From contig CAKJYW010000002.1 of NCBI GenBank assembly GCA_918272565.1, positions 44,266 through 108,265 on the forward strand: a DNA stretch of 64,000 bases, read 5' to 3'. Positions 39,300 through 47,577 of this stretch are shown piece after piece. The DNA is from Bacilli bacterium. GTDB taxonomy: Bacteria > Bacillota_I > Bacilli_A > ML615J-28 > CAG-698. Numbering within the stretch: position 1 is the first letter of the stretch; the number at the start of each line of letters is the position of its first letter. Made by a program: the position numbers and the translations under genes. Below the pieces are notes generated by a model, which was given only the letters and a program-made list of their open reading frames with translations, had not been told where the DNA came from and made no database searches.

Positions 39300-39664
39300 A
39301 GTCCTTCGTAATCAGCTGCTTTAACTAAGTTAGCAAGTTCAGCTTCATCTTTAACTTCAATCTTTAAAATCCAGTTTTTATATGGATCATCATTAACAAG
39401 TTCAGGATTATCGATAACTTCTTCGTTAACTTCTAATACTTTACCACTTAAAGGAGCATTTAGATCACTTGCAGCTTTAACACTTTCGATTGCCCCACAT
39501 TCAGAGAATTGCTCAACTTCATCTCCAACAAACCCTTCAACATAAACTACGCTACCAAGGCTATGTTGTGCATAGTCAGTTACACCAACTGTAGCAATTC
39601 CATTTTCTACTTTTACCCATTCATGAGATTTTGTGTACAATAAATCATTTAAAACTTTCATCAT
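39290..39664 (-). CDS. gcvH: Glycine cleavage system H protein (lipoyl carrier)
   Basis: Lipoyl-lysine context ESVKAASD; 124 aa. Confidence 0.9.
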   Translation of the reverse strand: MMKVLNDLLYTKSHEWVKVENGIATVGVTDYAQHSLGSVVYVEGFVGDEVEQFSECGAIESVKAASDLNAPLSGKVLEVNEEVIDNPELVNDDPYKNWILKIEVKDEAELANLVKAADYEGLCK

Positions 39665-39675
39665 TCTTCTCCTTC

Positions 39676-40785
39676 TTATTTAACATATTTCTTTTTCATA
39701 AATTTTTTATCTCTAATCTTAGCTTTTATTACTCTTCCACGAATAATAACGCCAATCTCTTTGCCAATTTGTGCATAATTAATCTTAACATAGCCTAAAG
39801 CTACAGGTTTATCAACTCTAGAGCTATCAGTTTTAGGAATCATATAGCCAGTTGTGATGTAACCAATTACTTCACTCGTATCTAAGTCACATAGTTCGTA
39901 TCCGCCACGCGCAATTCCTCTATCAATTAGCTCTAATCCAACTAGTTTTCTTGTTTGATTTTCTTTGTATTTAAGTAGAGCACTCCTACCAATGAATTCT
40001 TTATCATAACAGATTGCATAATTTAAGCATGCTTCAACTGGATTAATGTCATTATTAATTTCATGTCCATATAAAGGCATATTTGCTTCAAATCTTAAAG
40101 TGTCACGGCATCCTAGACCACATAATTGCACTTTATATTTATTAACGAATAAATCAAATAATTCGTTGATTTCGTGAGGACTACCATAGATTTCAAATCC
40201 ATCTTCACCAGTATAGCCGCTTCTGCTTACTAACATCGCTTTACCATTAACTTTCATTTCCTTAAAATCAAATAATTTAAGGTCACTTACTTCTTTATCG
40301 CAAATTTTTGCCATGATATTAATAGCGTTAGGTCCTTGCAAAGCAAGTTGAGCGTATTTATCGCTTAGATTTTCTATTTTAACATCGAATTTTCCTTTGT
40401 TTTTTAAGAAATATTCAAAGTCTTTATCAGTATTAGAGGCATTACAAATAACTAATACTTTATCATCACTATATTTATACATCATTAAATCATCTACGCA
40501 ACATCCATTTTCGTATAGCATAACGCCATATGTCATTTTAGCGCATGGAGCTGTAGTTATTGATGAAGTAACCATGTAATCAAGGTAGCAAGATGCATCA
40601 GCCCCAGTAACAAGTACTTCACCCATGTGACTAACATCGAATAACCCAACATTATTACGTACTGCTTGGTGCTCTTCTGTAATACCAACATACTCAATTG
40701 GCATTAAAAAGCCCCCAAATTCAACAATTTTCCCTCCACAAGCAATATGTTTATCATATAAACAAGTTTTCTTTAGTTCTTCCAT
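39676..40785 (-). CDS. gcvT: Aminomethyltransferase (glycine cleavage T protein)
   Basis: 369 aa GcvT; NVGLFDVSHMGE signature. Confidence 0.9.
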   Translation of the reverse strand: MEELKKTCLYDKHIACGGKIVEFGGFLMPIEYVGITEEHQAVRNNVGLFDVSHMGEVLVTGADASCYLDYMVTSSITTAPCAKMTYGVMLYENGCCVDDLMMYKYSDDKVLVICNASNTDKDFEYFLKNKGKFDVKIENLSDKYAQLALQGPNAINIMAKICDKEVSDLKLFDFKEMKVNGKAMLVSRSGYTGEDGFEIYGSPHEINELFDLFVNKYKVQLCGLGCRDTLRFEANMPLYGHEINNDINPVEACLNYAICYDKEFIGRSALLKYKENQTRKLVGLELIDRGIARGGYELCDLDTSEVIGYITTGYMIPKTDSSRVDKPVALGYVKINYAQIGKEIGVIIRGRVIKAKIRDKKFMKKKYVK

Positions 40786-40789
40786 TTTT

Positions 40790-41764
40790 TTATTCTCCTA
40801 ACAAATCTATTATATCACTATTTTTACAATCCACTATGTATTTTGAAACATCATTTTGATTAATTATGTCCTTTATTTTATCTATATCAAATAAAGCACC
40901 CTTAAATTTATCTAAGTATTCACCTAATTCCCCACATAAAAAGAAATCACCCATAAAATTAATGTCCTTAATTTTACCTCTAGCCACATCAATTCTAAGT
41001 TCAATTTCCCCAAAATTAAAGCGTTTCTTTTTAAAATAAGTATATTTAGGGTCATTTAAATAGATGTAATTATAGTCATCAAATCCTTTTTTTATCTCTA
41101 AAACATCATCTATTTCTTCTTTTTCTAGCTTTGATAAGGTATTTTCGTCACTAATATTATGGATAATATAGTCCATAAGCTCATTTTTATCTATTTTTAA
41201 ATAAGGTTTTAGGTTAATAACCCTCGATTTTACGCTTTCTATTCCTTTAGAGATGAGCTTTTCTTTATTTGGAGTAAGAGCCCTAACCAAATTTTCGATA
41301 TTTGTATCATACATAAAGGTTCCATGAAGGATAATTACATTATCTAAATAATAAATAGCGCACCCTGAGAACTTCTTATCCCTAAAAAGAAGGTCATTTC
41401 TACCACTAAATGAGGCATCAACCCCTAAATCATTTAAGATTTTGACTAATTTAGGTAAAGTTTTGTTATATGCATCGTCCTTAGTCTTTGCTTGCACAAT
41501 AAAGCTATACATAAAACAGCCACTATCAGCGTAAATTCCGCCTCCACCACTAGGTCTACGGTAGATTTTAGCACCAATTTCCTTTGTAAAGTCTATATTT
41601 ACCTCGTTTTTTAGTACTTGATTCTTACCAATTATGATTGATTTATCAATTTCCCATAAAAAAAAGCAATCATCTAACTTTTTTTCTTTTACTAAGTACT
41701 TTTCAAGTGCTAAATAAAATGATATTTCATTTGTTCCAAGTTCTTTTAAATCGTATACTTTCAT
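40790..41764 (-). CDS. lplA: Lipoate-protein ligase A
   Basis: RRPSGGGGIYADSG and the BPL/LPL catalytic domain. Start placed at MKVYDLKELG, consistent with LplA N-termini; the ORF track extends 19 codons further upstream to 41821. Confidence 0.8.
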   Translation of the reverse strand: MKVYDLKELGTNEISFYLALEKYLVKEKKLDDCFFLWEIDKSIIIGKNQVLKNEVNIDFTKEIGAKIYRRPSGGGGIYADSGCFMYSFIVQAKTKDDAYNKTLPKLVKILNDLGVDASFSGRNDLLFRDKKFSGCAIYYLDNVIILHGTFMYDTNIENLVRALTPNKEKLISKGIESVKSRVINLKPYLKIDKNELMDYIIHNISDENTLSKLEKEEIDDVLEIKKGFDDYNYIYLNDPKYTYFKKKRFNFGEIELRIDVARGKIKDINFMGDFFLCGELGEYLDKFKGALFDIDKIKDIINQNDVSKYIVDCKNSDIIDLLGE

Positions 41765-42010
41765 AATATTACCTGTATATTTATTATACCAAAAACTCAT
41801 CTTTTTTTTAATACATAACACGAATCGTTATTTTAGACATTTATTCAACTCAAAAATAAAGGGCACTTGAAATTTGCGCATATCTTTTTGAAAGCCTCTC
41901 TAAAACGCCCAAATTGCACAAAATTTGCCCCTATAATCGCATTTTTGCTTATTTCTTGTTAATTATTCACGTTTAAACAAAAATAGAAATTAAAAGAAAT
42001 CCCCGTTTTT

Positions 42011-42673
42011 TCAATTCCTAACGTAGACAAAAGCTTTTCCCTCTTTTCTTACTACCTTTATAACCCCTAAAAATTTCAGAATTGTTAAGGTTAAACTTGC
42101 AAGATTCTTATTTATTTTCTTCTTCTTACTTAAATCACTACTTGTGAATTCTTCGCCCATTTCGCTAACAAAAATCAAATAATCTTCGCTCGTTTTTAAA
42201 ATAATTTCGCCTTTTACTTCAATTGGGAAAGATTCAACCTTAAAAAAACCTTTTCTACTTCTATTTGTCTTAATTCTTTCCTCTAAAACTTCTAAAAATA
42301 CTAATTTTATCTCTAAATTAGGGTTATTTAGATACTTCTTTATTTTATATAACTCTTTTATACTATCATAAACCAGCCCCGTCTTTGGACTTTTCCTCGT
42401 TTTTGTTATATCTCCATCTATTATTTTTATTGTTTTTGTTTTTGCAATTGGATAAATTACACATACTTTATATTTATCTAGGTAATAATCAAGCTTGCCT
42501 CTTAGTTTATCAAGTGATCTAGTCTGTATTTCAGTTATTTTGTCACCTTTTTTTATATCAGCATAGAAACTTCCCACTTTAATCTCATGAAATGCTTCAT
42601 CTACCTCATAATAATATTTTAAAAAACTGTGCAAGCTCTTCTCTTGTAACTCGCCAATAATCTTTTTTTCCAT
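42011..42673 (-). CDS. Hypothetical protein, possible PD-(D/E)xK-like N-terminal core (EIKVGSFYADI...ITEIQTRS) and basic winged-helix-like C-terminus
   Basis: Motif-level resemblance only; 220 aa; adjacent to the toxin-antitoxin pair. Confidence 0.25.
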   Translation of the reverse strand: MEKKIIGELQEKSLHSFLKYYYEVDEAFHEIKVGSFYADIKKGDKITEIQTRSLDKLRGKLDYYLDKYKVCVIYPIAKTKTIKIIDGDITKTRKSPKTGLVYDSIKELYKIKKYLNNPNLEIKLVFLEVLEERIKTNRSRKGFFKVESFPIEVKGEIILKTSEDYLIFVSEMGEEFTSSDLSKKKKINKNLASLTLTILKFLGVIKVVRKEGKAFVYVRN

Positions 42674-42742
42674 AAAATTATCCCTACCTAGCCTATTATA
42701 TCAAAATAAAGTGCATAATTAAATCTCTAAAGTGGTGATTAT

Positions 42743-42772
42743 AAAAAAAGGCCTAGATATCTAGGCCTAAAT
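42743..42772. terminator. Perfect 18-bp palindrome GGCCTAGATATCTAGGCC flanked by A-run and T-rich tail (bidirectional terminator-like)
   Basis: aaaaaaaGGCCTAGATATCTAGGCCtaaattt at the yafQ 3' end. Confidence 0.45.
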
Positions 42773-42773
42773 T

Positions 42774-43049
42774 TCAAAATAAATCGCTATGTGTTCCCGT
42801 TCTAACAAGCGAAAGAACCAAACCATTATCATAAATACGATAAATGAGGAGCCAATCAGACATAATATGGCATTCTCTAGCCCCGCACCATGCTCCCATT
42901 AATTCGTGATCTTTATAATTAACACCTAAAGAATCACCATTAGAAAGAAGTATGATAGCCTCGTCAAGTTTTTCGATTGGAAGTCCTCTTTTCATTGCTG
43001 TCTTATAATCTTTTTTAAACTGATTTGTCCAAATGACATTTCTACTCAT
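42774..43049 (-). CDS. yafQ: Type II toxin YafQ (RelE/ParE superfamily mRNA interferase)
   Basis: MSRNVIWTNQFKKDYKTAMKRGLPIEKLDEAIILLS...GAWCGARECHI...LVRTGTHSDLF is colinear with E. coli YafQ; 91 aa. Confidence 0.8.
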   Translation of the reverse strand: MSRNVIWTNQFKKDYKTAMKRGLPIEKLDEAIILLSNGDSLGVNYKDHELMGAWCGARECHIMSDWLLIYRIYDNGLVLSLVRTGTHSDLF

Positions 43050-43333
43050 TTCTTAAGTTCATTTAGAGCTTCATCTACACTATAAGTTTTTGTTTTTGGA
43101 TCATTTTCTTTTTTTATTGCTTCTAAAATTGCTTCTACTGTATCTTTATTAGGGACATTGATTGTAACTTCAAAAGGAATTCTACCTTCTCTAACCGCTT
43201 GACGCAAAAACATATTAAATGCAGTAGTCATGTTTAACCCTAACGAAGAAAACAAAGCATCTGCTTTATTTTTTAAATCTGTATCAATACGAAAACTTAC
43301 ATTTGAAATACTATTCATTGATATTACCTCCAT
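43046..43333 (-). CDS. dinJ: Antitoxin DinJ (RelB/DinJ family)
   Basis: SFRIDTDLKNKADALFSSLGLNMTTAFNMFLRQAVREGRIPFEV matches the DinJ ribbon-helix-helix. Its stop overlaps the yafQ start by 4 nt. Confidence 0.75.
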   Translation of the reverse strand: MEVISMNSISNVSFRIDTDLKNKADALFSSLGLNMTTAFNMFLRQAVREGRIPFEVTINVPNKDTVEAILEAIKKENDPKTKTYSVDEALNELKK

Positions 43334-43491
43334 TTATAACTCTATTATAGTGCAAACAAAGCGCTGATGTCAAGCAAATAACATTTTAATTGCGTTTAAT
43401 TTGAGGTAAAAAACACAAATAATACTCTTAACAACTTTTCTCCTTTCACTTATATAATAGATACTATCTTATGTTTTTTATTTTTTATATT

Positions 43492-43519
43492 AAAAAAAAC
43501 CTAGATATCTAGGCTTTTA
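43492..43519. terminator. Second copy of the CCTAGATATCTAGG palindrome with A-run/T-run flanks
   Basis: aaaaaaaaCCTAGATATCTAGGcttttat between the aminotransferase 3' end and the dinJ promoter region. Confidence 0.45.
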
Positions 43520-44660
43520 TATATTTCTTTATTTTTTTAGCTAATCCTTTTAGCTTGTCACATTCTAATCCACAAATAGCAACACGCACAATATTACATA
43601 CAGGAAGAATATGAATGTGCTCTGCTTTTAGTTTTTCATATACTTCTTTGTTATTGCTACAAGGGATGCTAATAAAGAAGCCACCATTATATTTAATAGT
43701 ATTTAGGTCGCACTCTTTAGCTTCATCTAAGAATATTTTGCTTCTTTTAATAAGCTCACTTCTTATCTTTTCTAATCCCTCTATGTGTTCTTTCTTGATT
43801 TCCTTATTAAGTTCTACTTCACTAACGACATTAATCATTGCATTATTGCAATTACTCCAAGTAGTTCTTGCATAGAAGCAGGCGACTTTATAGAATTCTT
43901 CGTTTTTTGTTGCTAGGGCACCAAGACGTTGTCCATATATTTGATAACTCTTAGAAAAACTAACGCAATATAAAATATTAACGTTATCATTAACTTTTAT
44001 ATCAAGGAAGCTTCTATCAATATGACGCTTTTCATTTGATATATCAAGGTATGCTAGGTCGTATATAACTGATACAGGTACACTTAAATTATTCAAATAA
44101 TTAAATAATTCTTTTAATTCATCATTACTTAATGAATAACCTGTAGGATTTTGACAAGGATCATTGATAATAAAGACTAGCCTTCTTTGTCTATCTATAA
44201 TTTCATTTGCTTTTTTTATAAAATCACTTAAATCAAATTTATCATCTTTAATTAAATTATAATAAATAGCATTTAAGCTTAACCCCTTAGCCATATTATT
44301 ATATGGCCCCCAACAAGGATAAGGTATAAGCAAGTCTTCTCCTTTTTCTAGTGTAAGGTTAATAGAAGCATTAATTGCGCCTGTTCCACCAGGAGTAGCT
44401 ACAACGTAACAACCATCTAACCCTAAATAAGCGTTAACCGCTTTTCTAAATTCTTCGCCACCATCAACACTACTATATCCATATTTTTGTTTTATTTGTA
44501 ATTTGCTAGATACTCCTTCTAAAAAGCTAAAAGGTTCAAGTGGAGAGAAAATGCCTAGTGTAGCATTAATACCACCTTTATCTTCCCTAGCAATTTTAGC
44601 AATTCCTAAAGCGTCATTTTTTAAAATATTATCTTTCTTTGACTCAGTTACAAAATCCAT
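43509..44660 (-). CDS. Class I/II pyridoxal-phosphate-dependent aminotransferase
   Basis: PLP-lysine motif YCVSFSKSYQIYGQRLG; fold-type I layout; 383 aa. Confidence 0.7.
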   Translation of the reverse strand: MDFVTESKKDNILKNDALGIAKIAREDKGGINATLGIFSPLEPFSFLEGVSSKLQIKQKYGYSSVDGGEEFRKAVNAYLGLDGCYVVATPGGTGAINASINLTLEKGEDLLIPYPCWGPYNNMAKGLSLNAIYYNLIKDDKFDLSDFIKKANEIIDRQRRLVFIINDPCQNPTGYSLSNDELKELFNYLNNLSVPVSVIYDLAYLDISNEKRHIDRSFLDIKVNDNVNILYCVSFSKSYQIYGQRLGALATKNEEFYKVACFYARTTWSNCNNAMINVVSEVELNKEIKKEHIEGLEKIRSELIKRSKIFLDEAKECDLNTIKYNGGFFISIPCSNNKEVYEKLKAEHIHILPVCNIVRVAICGLECDKLKGLAKKIKKYIKA

Positions 44661-44704
44661 AAATCATACCTCTACATTATCTTATCACTAATCATTCTAT
44701 TTTT

Positions 44705-44745
44705 CAAAAAAAAGAATAAATCCGAACCCGGATTTATTCTTATCT
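44705..44745 (-). terminator. Rho-independent terminator of the capD-like gene
   Basis: On the minus strand: AATAAATCCGGGTTCGGATTTATT followed by CTTTTTTTTG. Confidence 0.5.
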
Positions 44746-44746
44746 T

Positions 44747-46585
44747 TTATTGATTCTCATCAATTTTGTATGTTTCAACAAGTTTACTAACTAAATATTT
44801 CATCTCTTTAGTTTCGTTATATGCTTCTTTATAAAGTAGATCTAAATCATCAAACAACTTGTCTTCATCAAAGTCTAATGGCTTTGCTACACTAATTAAA
44901 CCATTAGCAGTTTTTTCTAACCCTTCTTCACTCATTAAGCGCTCTTCGTAAAGTTTTTCACCTGGTCTAAGTCCTGTAATCTTAATTTCCATATCAACTC
45001 CAGGAGTGTAACCTGATAATTTGATTAGGTTTGTGGCGAGATCGTAGATTCTAACAGGTTCGCCCATATCAAGTACATATATTTCACCACTCTTAGCGTA
45101 AGCTCCTGCTTGAAGTACTAGACTAACAGCTTCAGGAATAGTCATGAAATATCTAATGATATCTTTATGAGTTACAGTTACTGGTCCACCTTCAGCAATT
45201 TGCTTTTTAAATAGTGGAATTACTGAACCATTGCTTCCTAATACATTACCGAACCTTACAGCTACAAACCTACAACTCTTGCTCTTCTTTCCAATTGCTT
45301 GAATAATCATTTCGCAAATTCTCTTACTTGCACCCATGATGTTTGTTGGATTAACGGCTTTGTCTGTAGATATTTGAACAAATCTGCTTGATCCATATTT
45401 ATCAGCGCACTTAGCTACATTAAGTGTTCCAAAGACATTGTTTTTAATTGCTTCATTAGGAGAAGTCTCCATTAATGGAACATGCTTATGAGCAGCTGCG
45501 TTAAATACGATATTAGGTCTATATGTCTTAAATACATCTTCAAGCTTACCAATATCACGAACTGATGCAATCAAAGTAACCAAATTCAAATTAGGTAGCT
45601 TTCTCTTTAGTTCTTGTTCAATATCATAAGCATTGTTTTCATAGATATCAAGGATGATTAATTGCTTAGGATTGTGGGTAGCTATTTGTCTACAAAGCTC
45701 ACTACCAATTGAGCCTCCACCACCAGTTACCAAGACAACTTTTCCTTCGATGTATCCCATTATTTCATCAAGATTAACCTTGATTTGCTCTCTACCAAGC
45801 AAGTCTTTTATTTCAACATCTCTAATTTTACTAACAGAAACTGTTCCATTAGCAAGCTCATAAATACCAGGAAGGCTACTTACTTTACATTTAGTCTCTT
45901 TACAAATATCAAGTAGTTCCTTCTTCTCTTTAGCACTAATTGATGGTAGAGCTAAAATTATCTCTTTAACTCCATATTTTTCAACATTATCAATAATAGT
46001 ATTTCTATCCCCAACAATAGGAACACCATAGATTGTTCCTTTATGTTTACTTCTATCATCATCGATGATACAAACTGGAGTCTTATCAGTCTTATCACTA
46101 TATAAAAGCTCTCTAGTAATTACACTACCAGCATCACCTGCTCCAATTATCATTACAGGGTAACTAATAGATAGACGTCTCAAGCTTCCTCTTTTAAATA
46201 GTCCTATAATTCTAGTAACAAATCTAGTAAATCCACTTCCTACAAATATAAGCAAGCTATTAACTAGGCAAAAACCAATATCGAAATATTCTTTTCCTGT
46301 TACAATTGCTACAATTACATTGATTAAAGCAATAATACTAGAGCCAATAGCAATCTTAACAAGCTCGTTAACACTTGCGTATTTCCATAAGCTTCGATAT
46401 AACCTTAATGAAGCATAAACGAAAACAACAAACACTGCTTCAAATACCGCAAAATAAATAATCATGTTAAAGTTTTCTTTGATAGAAAACTTAGTAAAAT
46501 ATGCTGATAAAAAAGCTGAAACAGCGACCATCAACACATCTATAAAAATATATGCTTCACGATGTTTTCTTTTTATCTTATTCAT
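44747..46585 (-). CDS. capD: Membrane-anchored NDP-sugar 4,6-dehydratase/epimerase (CapD/PglF/WbpM family)
   Basis: N-terminal TM helices; two Rossmann GxGxxG motifs (IIGAGDAG, VLVTGGGGSIGSELCRQ); 612 aa. Confidence 0.75.
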   Translation of the reverse strand: MNKIKRKHREAYIFIDVLMVAVSAFLSAYFTKFSIKENFNMIIYFAVFEAVFVVFVYASLRLYRSLWKYASVNELVKIAIGSSIIALINVIVAIVTGKEYFDIGFCLVNSLLIFVGSGFTRFVTRIIGLFKRGSLRRLSISYPVMIIGAGDAGSVITRELLYSDKTDKTPVCIIDDDRSKHKGTIYGVPIVGDRNTIIDNVEKYGVKEIILALPSISAKEKKELLDICKETKCKVSSLPGIYELANGTVSVSKIRDVEIKDLLGREQIKVNLDEIMGYIEGKVVLVTGGGGSIGSELCRQIATHNPKQLIILDIYENNAYDIEQELKRKLPNLNLVTLIASVRDIGKLEDVFKTYRPNIVFNAAAHKHVPLMETSPNEAIKNNVFGTLNVAKCADKYGSSRFVQISTDKAVNPTNIMGASKRICEMIIQAIGKKSKSCRFVAVRFGNVLGSNGSVIPLFKKQIAEGGPVTVTHKDIIRYFMTIPEAVSLVLQAGAYAKSGEIYVLDMGEPVRIYDLATNLIKLSGYTPGVDMEIKITGLRPGEKLYEERLMSEEGLEKTANGLISVAKPLDFDEDKLFDDLDLLYKEAYNETKEMKYLVSKLVETYKIDENQ

Positions 46586-46693
46586 CTTAAACCTCTTAGT
46601 GCATATAGATTATACCAAATTATGTTTTTTTTATCAACTCTATACAAAAACAAGATTATTTGTTATAATAAATCTATAATAAAGGTAATAATT

Positions 46694-47536
46694 ATGGAAA
46701 TAAAAAACAAACAATTTGACGAAGAAAGAGCACTTTATGCTTCATCTGATATCTTAGTTACTAACTGTCGTTTTGAAGGACCAGCTGATGGTGAATCAGC
46801 TTTAAAAGAATCAACTAATGTTCGAGTTGATAGTTCTTATTTTGATTTAAGATACCCATTTTGGCACGATACAGTTCTATCAATTAACTCTTCCGTTTTA
46901 ACAGCTAACTGTAGAGCAGCTCTTTGGTATTCTAAAGAAATAACAATTAGAGATTCCGTTTTAGATGGAATTAAAGCCTTAAGAGAATGTGAAAATATCA
47001 CTATTCTAAATTCAAGTGCCAATTCTAAAGAATTTATGTGGCGATGTAAAGATATTCATATGGAAGATTCAAGTGTTGAAAGTGAATATCCATTCTTTGA
47101 ATCATCTAACATTACACTTAAAAACTTTAATCTAAAAGGAAAATATTCCTTCCAATATGCAAAAAAAGTTCTAATTGAAGACTCAAACCTTGATACAAAA
47201 GATGCTTTTTGGCACACTGATAATGTAACAGTTAAAAACACAATCATTAAAGGTGAATATTTAGGTTGGTATTCTAATAATCTAACCCTAATCAACTGCA
47301 CAATAATTGGAACACAACCTCTTTGTTACTGCACAAATTTAAAGTTAATTGATTGTAAAATGATTGATTGTGATTTCTCTTTTGAATATTCAACAGTTAG
47401 CGCTAATATAATTGGATCAATTTTAAGCGTTAAAAACCCAATTAGTGGTGAAATAATTGCTGATAAAATTGAAGAGATTATTTTAGATAATCATCAAAAA
47501 GAAGGATCAAATTGTAAGATTATAACTAAAGAGTAA
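46694..47536 (+). CDS. DUF3737-family protein (beta-helix-like repeats)
   Basis: Repeated N(C/S)T(I/V) beta-strand motifs (VTNCRF, LTANCRA, LINCTIIG, LIDCKMIDC). Start chosen at MEIKNKQFDE (RBS AAAGGT upstream); the longer track ORF from 46562 overlaps capD antisense. Confidence 0.5.
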   Translation: MEIKNKQFDEERALYASSDILVTNCRFEGPADGESALKESTNVRVDSSYFDLRYPFWHDTVLSINSSVLTANCRAALWYSKEITIRDSVLDGIKALRECENITILNSSANSKEFMWRCKDIHMEDSSVESEYPFFESSNITLKNFNLKGKYSFQYAKKVLIEDSNLDTKDAFWHTDNVTVKNTIIKGEYLGWYSNNLTLINCTIIGTQPLCYCTNLKLIDCKMIDCDFSFEYSTVSANIIGSILSVKNPISGEIIADKIEEIILDNHQKEGSNCKIITKE

Positions 47537-47577
47537 AAAAATATGCTTCCCAAAAGGGAAGCATTATTTTTTATCCT
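47537..47577. terminator. Bidirectional Rho-independent terminator
   Basis: aaaaaaaTATGCTTCCCAAAAGGGAAGCATAtttttt sits between convergent genes. Confidence 0.55.
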
